Shown one piece after another: positions 58,847 through 64,000 of a DNA stretch of 64,000 bases (position 1 is its first letter; every line of letters begins with the position of its first letter). A model generated the notes under the pieces. It was not told the origin of the DNA, did no database searches, and was given only the letters and a program-made list of their open reading frames with translations. The translations under genes and the position numbers were made by a program. The DNA comes from Phaeosaccion multiseriatum (lineage: Eukaryota; Protista; Ochrophyta, other classes), in assembly GCA_965112735.1 (NCBI GenBank), contig CBCOSG010000003.1, positions 5,050 through 69,049 of the forward strand. Direction: 5' to 3'.

Positions 58847-59137
58847 ATGGCTAATTCCAAATCAGCAACTAAAAGAATAAAAGTAAATAAAAGAAATCAT
58901 GATAGAAATTTAAATATTAAATCAAGTATGAAAACTTTTATAAAAAAATATTTTCAAGTTTTAAGAGAATATGAAATTACTAAGAGTAATGAAAAATATG
59001 AGGGAGCTTTAAAGTTATTATCAATAGCTTACAGTAAAATCGATAAAGCACAAAAAAATAATTTACTTCACCGTAATACAGCAGCTCATAAAAAAGCCCG
59101 ATTAAAAAAAGCTTTAGCCAAATTCGAAACTAATTAA
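58847..59137 (+). CDS. rps20: Ribosomal protein S20
   Basis: MANSKSATKR, SKIDKA, LHRNTAAHKKARL. Confidence 0.95.
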   Translation: MANSKSATKRIKVNKRNHDRNLNIKSSMKTFIKKYFQVLREYEITKSNEKYEGALKLLSIAYSKIDKAQKNNLLHRNTAAHKKARLKKALAKFETN

Positions 59138-59246
59138 AAATAAATTAGCTACGTCTCTCCTAAATGTCACTACTCTTTATATAAATTATTATATAATACA
59201 TTGTTATATAATAATTTATTAACTAAATTTTTAAAATATAAATAAT

Positions 59247-61664
59247 ATGTCAATTTTTGATAAAATTTTTTTTGAAATTTCTTTTGAAATACTAGAAGGA
59301 AAACGGGTCGTGGTTGAAAAATATAATATTATCGTTGAAAAATATAAACAATTTCAAAAAAGAAATGATCCAGATCCTTGGCCAGTTAAAAAAATACAAT
59401 CGGATGAAGAATATATAGATGACGTAAAAGCAGTTGTAGAGACTAAAATTTTAGAACAATTAATTATAGATCTTCACGAAGCAACAAAGATAAGATTTAA
59501 ATTTGAACAACTTATTCGTTTACAATCAAATTATTACACCCAATTAGGACGAAGAGAAAAATTTATTAATAGACTTAATCAACAGAGAGTTTTTTTAATA
59601 GCCCACAAAAAATTAAATTTTAATCTTACCCCAAAATATTTAAAAGTTAAAAATATAAAGGAAAATTTAGAATTAGTTCGTGAGTGGCATGGAAAAAATA
59701 AATTATATGTCTCACGTACTCAAAGTCACCCGAATTCACCATTTCACACAAAACAGTTTAATTCTTTATTTTTTTTTAGAAAATTAACATATATACTTAA
59801 TGAAAAATATAAAGTACCACGGGCTAATGAGGCAATTTTAATTCAACGGTTAACTCCAAAGGGAGAATACAACTGGCTTAAACATTATTTAATAAAATGC
59901 GTAGCTAAAGACTATTATTTAAATCAAATCAATTACGACCGCAATAATCCTTATTTTGTTGATAAGAAAAGAGTTGATATTCTTATTAATGGAGGAGTAC
60001 ATGTAGCGTCTGTTTCAAAACCAGGACTAATTTTTAATCAAGAATATGAAGACCAAATAATTAATAAAAGTGGTATGAATTCGGCCATTATTAATGATAA
60101 AATTATTAAACCAGAAGAATCCATTTTAGAACCAAATACTGGAAAAAAGACGAAAAAATTAAGAAAGAAAAAATTTCGTAAATCAAAACAAAAAAATAGC
60201 AACATATCAACTAAAACTACCAAAGATAGACCAAGAAAAGAAAAAGAAGAACAAACAAAAAAACTTTCTAAAGCACAGAAAGAATTTGAAGTACAATACT
60301 TTAATATGCCTAAAGGTCTTTATAATACTAAATTAAATCAATTTATAAACAAAGCTAATGTTGAATGGACTCCAGATGAAATTCATGATTATTATTATGA
60401 ATACGATGACGTAGATTATCCCGATTTTCATTTCACTCCACAATTAAGTTATGAATTTGGGGGTCAAAGAACAAGAGGAAATGTTTACTACCAAAATAAT
60501 AAAGGTGGCATTAATCCTATCTTACCTATTTTTGGTGACTATGAATCATGTCTAAATGCATTCGAAGGGGCAATCAATAAGACTACAGAATTTTGTCAAT
60601 ATATGGCAGCATCCACTAACATAGAACAAAGAACTGTAGTAACACTTCGGGCTATAAATAATATGTCATCTGCACAAATTATAGAAGTTGGGTTAGGTGA
60701 TTTAGTTAAACATTATTGTAAAGATGAAAAAGTATGGGAAAATTTGGAAATAATTTTGATACCGTCATCTGAAGCACGAGTTTATTCTACTAAATTAAGT
60801 TCCCAACAGAAGTTATATAAATATTTTAAATTATATTCTAAACCTCATAAATGGTTAAAAAAAGAAAAAAATGATGAACTTAAACACATGTCAATGTCGT
60901 TTGGAGAATTACAAAAAGAGTATGAAGGGTATCTTAACTTAAAACGATTATTTTTTTTAAGATTAACTCCATATGAGTGGGCTCTAAAAGCAAGAATAAG
61001 AATGGCACTAGCCGAAAGACGACAAAGAGAAAGTAAAAAAATTATGGGGAATAAATTCAAAGCTAAAATGGCCAGACTGGAGCTGGAGTTGGAAGAGAGA
61101 ACAATAAATTTAGAGATAGCTCTGGAAGAAGGAATAAAAAAATTAGAAGAAAGAACACAGGCAATAAAAGAAAGAACACAATTATACGGCTATTTTTTTG
61201 TAAAAAAAAACATAGGAGTTGACGAGGAAATAATAAGATTAAATGAAAAAACGCAGATAGTAGAGCAAAAAACAAAATTAGTAAGACAAAAAACTGAAAT
61301 CCAACAAAAATTACAAAAATTGGGAAAAACAAAAACCGAAAGAAAACAAAAAAAAGAATTAAAGAAAGAAAAGGCTGAGATTGAAAAAAAATTACGCAAA
61401 GTAAAAAAAAAGATAATTAAAGTGGATAAATTAGAGTTATCTAAACAAATAGAAATAAGCAAGCGGTTAGAAAAAGAGAGAAAACAATTTGCAAAAGAAA
61501 GAAGAGATGAAGATAGAGAATTCGAAAAAGAAAGACAGCAAGAAATCAAACAAGAAAAAAAGGAGGAAAAAGAAAGAAAAAAACAAATCAAAAAAGATAG
61601 ACAAGAAAAAAATAAAGAGAAGAAAAAAAGAAGCGAGAAGAAAAATAAATTATATAAAAAATAA
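59247..61664 (+). CDS. Large hypothetical protein ORF805; possible divergent Ycf80/Tic22-like domain plus K/E-rich coiled-coil tail
   Basis: 805-codon open frame in AT-rich DNA; PILPIF...IIEVGLGDLV...IILIPSSE resembles the Tic22-family C-terminus (by eye only). Confidence 0.7.
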   Translation: MSIFDKIFFEISFEILEGKRVVVEKYNIIVEKYKQFQKRNDPDPWPVKKIQSDEEYIDDVKAVVETKILEQLIIDLHEATKIRFKFEQLIRLQSNYYTQLGRREKFINRLNQQRVFLIAHKKLNFNLTPKYLKVKNIKENLELVREWHGKNKLYVSRTQSHPNSPFHTKQFNSLFFFRKLTYILNEKYKVPRANEAILIQRLTPKGEYNWLKHYLIKCVAKDYYLNQINYDRNNPYFVDKKRVDILINGGVHVASVSKPGLIFNQEYEDQIINKSGMNSAIINDKIIKPEESILEPNTGKKTKKLRKKKFRKSKQKNSNISTKTTKDRPRKEKEEQTKKLSKAQKEFEVQYFNMPKGLYNTKLNQFINKANVEWTPDEIHDYYYEYDDVDYPDFHFTPQLSYEFGGQRTRGNVYYQNNKGGINPILPIFGDYESCLNAFEGAINKTTEFCQYMAASTNIEQRTVVTLRAINNMSSAQIIEVGLGDLVKHYCKDEKVWENLEIILIPSSEARVYSTKLSSQQKLYKYFKLYSKPHKWLKKEKNDELKHMSMSFGELQKEYEGYLNLKRLFFLRLTPYEWALKARIRMALAERRQRESKKIMGNKFKAKMARLELELEERTINLEIALEEGIKKLEERTQAIKERTQLYGYFFVKKNIGVDEEIIRLNEKTQIVEQKTKLVRQKTEIQQKLQKLGKTKTERKQKKELKKEKAEIEKKLRKVKKKIIKVDKLELSKQIEISKRLEKERKQFAKERRDEDREFEKERQQEIKQEKKEEKERKKQIKKDRQEKNKEKKKRSEKKNKLYKK

Positions 61665-61730
61665 TAAGGTTTAGTTATGGCCTTTATTATTTTTTTGATT
61701 GACTATAGATATGATACCTTTAATCTTAAA

Positions 61731-61812
61731 TAGGCCGAGTTGGATTTGAACCAACGTAGGCAAAACCAATGGATTTACAATCCACCCCCTTTAACCACTC
61801 GGGCATCGACCC
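61731..61812 (-). tRNA. trnY: tRNA-Tyr (GUA)
   Basis: gggtcgatgcccgagtggttaa...ttgtaaa...ggttcaaatcc. Confidence 0.95.
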
Positions 61813-61866
61813 ATAATACGTAGGCTTGTGCTGACATACTAATATTAGTACACGCCTACGTATTAT
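61813..61866. terminator. Stem-loop downstream of atpA, overlapping a putative trnY promoter
   Basis: ataatacgtaggc/gcctacgtattat; TTGACA-18nt-TAATAT on minus strand. Confidence 0.55.
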
Positions 61867-61894
61867 GTCAATTGTTAAATTAAATATAATTTAT

Positions 61895-63436
61895 TTATTT
61901 TGATTCTACTTCTGGTTCATCTGATACATAATCTTTTTTGACTTTATCTAATACCGACTGTAAAAATGATTCAGCATCTGCATCTAAAGCTTTCTTTTTA
62001 GATATAATATCAATAAATTTTTCCTTATCTTTATTTAATGAAGTACGAACATCTGATATATAATTTTTAATTTGACTAACTTCTAATGTATCTAAATATC
62101 CTTTTGTTCCAGCATAAATGATGGCTACCTGTTCTTCAACACGAATTGGTGAATTTTGTGCTTGTTTTAAAATTTCTCTTAACCGCACACCACGTGCTAA
62201 TTGATTCTGGGTTGTCTGATCTAAATCTGACGCAAATTGTGAAAAGGCTTCAAGTTCATCAAATTGAGCTAATTCCAATTTTAATGTACCAGCAACTTGT
62301 TTCATAGCCTTTATCTGTGCTGCTGATCCTACACGGGAAACTGAAATACCAACATTAATAGCTGGTCTTAAACCAGAATTAAATAAATCACCAGATAAGA
62401 AAATTTGACCATCAGTAATGGAAATTACATTTGTAGGAATATAAGCTGATACGTCATTAGCTTGTGTTTCGATAATAGGTAACGCTGTCATACTTCCGCT
62501 GCCTAATTCATCATTTAATTTTGCTGCCCGTTCTAATAAACGTGAGTGTAAATAAAAAACATCTCCAGGGTAAGCTTCACGACCTGGTGGACGACGTAAT
62601 AATAAAGACATTTGGCGATAAGCTGAAGCTTGTTTTGATAAATCATCATAAACAATTAATGTACTTTTACCTTTATACATAAAATATTCAGCAATTGAAG
62701 CTCCCGTATAAGGAGCAATATATTGTAAAGTAGCTGGTTGATTTGCATTAGCCGCTACAATCACAGTATAGTCCATTGCTCCTTTTTCTTCCAAAGTTGT
62801 TACTGCTTGAGCTACTGATGAAGCTTTTTGGCCAATAGCAACATAAACACAAACAACGTCCTCACTTTTTTGATTAATTATGGTATCTATAGCAATAGAT
62901 GTTTTTCCCGTTTGACGATCCCCAATAATTAATTCCCTTTGTCCTCGACCAATTGGAATCATAGCATCAATTGCAGTAATTCCAGTTTGTAAAGGTTCAC
63001 AAACGGATTTTCGGCTGATAATTCCAGGAGCCATTGATTCTACTAAACGAGTTTCATTTGTATCAATATCACCTTTTCCATCAATTGGAAATGCTAAAGG
63101 ATCAACAATTCGTCCTAACATGTTTTCACCTACAGCTACTTGAGCAATTTTTCCCGTAGCTTTAACAGTACTCCCTTGTAAAACTGTCCGTCCTTCACTC
63201 ATTAATACCGCTCCAACATTATCTAATTCTAGATTTAAAGCAATACCAACACTTCCATCTTCAAATTCTAATAGTTCACCTGCCATAGCTTCAGTCAAAC
63301 CATGGATACGTGCAATGCCGTCCCCTACTTGTAAAACTGATCCTACTGAATTTATTTCAACAGGTAAATTAGAATCTTCTAGGGCTTTTTTAATTATAGA
63401 AACAACTTCAGTTGCTTTAGGGTTCAATTTACTCAT
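61895..63436 (-). CDS. atpA: ATP synthase CF1 alpha
   Basis: [29 protein letters not shown]. Confidence 0.99.
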   Translation of the reverse strand: MSKLNPKATEVVSIIKKALEDSNLPVEINSVGSVLQVGDGIARIHGLTEAMAGELLEFEDGSVGIALNLELDNVGAVLMSEGRTVLQGSTVKATGKIAQVAVGENMLGRIVDPLAFPIDGKGDIDTNETRLVESMAPGIISRKSVCEPLQTGITAIDAMIPIGRGQRELIIGDRQTGKTSIAIDTIINQKSEDVVCVYVAIGQKASSVAQAVTTLEEKGAMDYTVIVAANANQPATLQYIAPYTGASIAEYFMYKGKSTLIVYDDLSKQASAYRQMSLLLRRPPGREAYPGDVFYLHSRLLERAAKLNDELGSGSMTALPIIETQANDVSAYIPTNVISITDGQIFLSGDLFNSGLRPAINVGISVSRVGSAAQIKAMKQVAGTLKLELAQFDELEAFSQFASDLDQTTQNQLARGVRLREILKQAQNSPIRVEEQVAIIYAGTKGYLDTLEVSQIKNYISDVRTSLNKDKEKFIDIISKKKALDADAESFLQSVLDKVKKDYVSDEPEVESK

Positions 63437-63526
63437 AATTTTGGATAAAATATAATTAGTTTATTTAGTGGGTAAAAATAATAGTTTAAAATCAAAGAAT
63501 AGTTTGTTTAACCGATTATTAATCTA

Positions 63527-64000
63527 TTAGCCTAGATTTATATCATGTTTTTTAATTAAATCTTTTAGTTGATTATTAAGATAATTTTTAAGACTTAAAT
63601 CTATCATGTAAAAATCTATTTTAATAGTTATGCCGGTCATAAGACTTGGGTTAACATGGTAAGTAATCTCGTGTTCGCGAGTCGTTAAATGATTTTCTCG
63701 ATTTAATTTTTTTAGTAATTTATTTAACCCATCGAAATTCTCTTGTTTCGATTTCGATTTTGTTACCTTATACTCTTTATCATCTTCCATCTTCGCTTTC
63801 GTTAATGCATACCTTTTTTCATCTTCCATTAATGCTACCATTACAATACTTTTGCCGATTATTAACTTTAAGCTATCTTCAACTTTTTTTTGTTGAGAAA
63901 GAGTTAATTCTCGCGCTGAAGTAATATCAACAATTGCAACACCACTGTTTTTGTTTTTTATGAGGATAAGTTGTTCAACAATAATTTTAAGGCAACTAAT
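63527..64000 (-). CDS. atpD: ATP synthase CF1 delta, divergent, 5' end outside window
   Basis: Frame open to window end; VDITSARELT.SQQ and VNPSLMTGITIKI...IDLSLK match the delta/OSCP C-terminal pattern; directly upstream of atpA. Confidence 0.8.
   Translation of the reverse strand: MSCLKIIVEQLILIKNKNSGVAIVDITSARELTLSQQKKVEDSLKLIIGKSIVMVALMEDEKRYALTKAKMEDDKEYKVTKSKSKQENFDGLNKLLKKLNRENHLTTREHEITYHVNPSLMTGITIKIDFYMIDLSLKNYLNNQLKDLIKKHDINLG

Noticed and set aside
60038-61674. Phe/Leu-rich antisense and alternate-frame ORFs within ORF805
   Set aside because: Shadow frames of the A-rich Lys/Glu coding strand

Overview
AT-rich (red-lineage) algal plastid genome segment from an ochrophyte/stramenopile. 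A chrysophyte/synurophyte is plausible by inference from gene content (tsf, thiG, ycf54, secA, ycf39, tatC) and from an inverted repeat swollen with protein genes. Positions 1-12255 form one giant inverted repeat (ycf54, unknown ORF, trnN, thiG, psaC, ccsA, rpl21, rpl27, ccs1) folding back on a 6-nt loop at about 6138. The arms match outside about 4520-7735 but are garbled inside, and the ccs1 3' end runs across the symmetry axis. Next come secA, psbY, rpl32, trnL, psbA and the rRNA operon (minus strand). Then psaM, rpoB/C1/C2, rps2, tsf, the large ribosomal protein cluster (rpl3 to rps10), ycf39, rpl11/1/12, trnW, an SRP RNA (ffs) with its own sigma70 promoter, psaJ/F, petA, tatC, atpE/B, ycf3, rps18, rpl33, rps20, an 805-aa orphan ORF with a Tic22/Ycf80-like motif, trnY, atpA and a partial atpD. 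Main points for follow-up: (1) the near-zero-spacer fold-back, which could be a hairpin end, a tiny SSC or an assembly artefact; (2) a GC-richer, apparently foreign cassette at about 658-1390, duplicated in the IR; (3) the divergent ffs; (4) ORF805; (5) lineage-specific insertions in RpoB, RpoC1, RpoA and AtpD; (6) recurrent poly-A frameshifts in essential genes.
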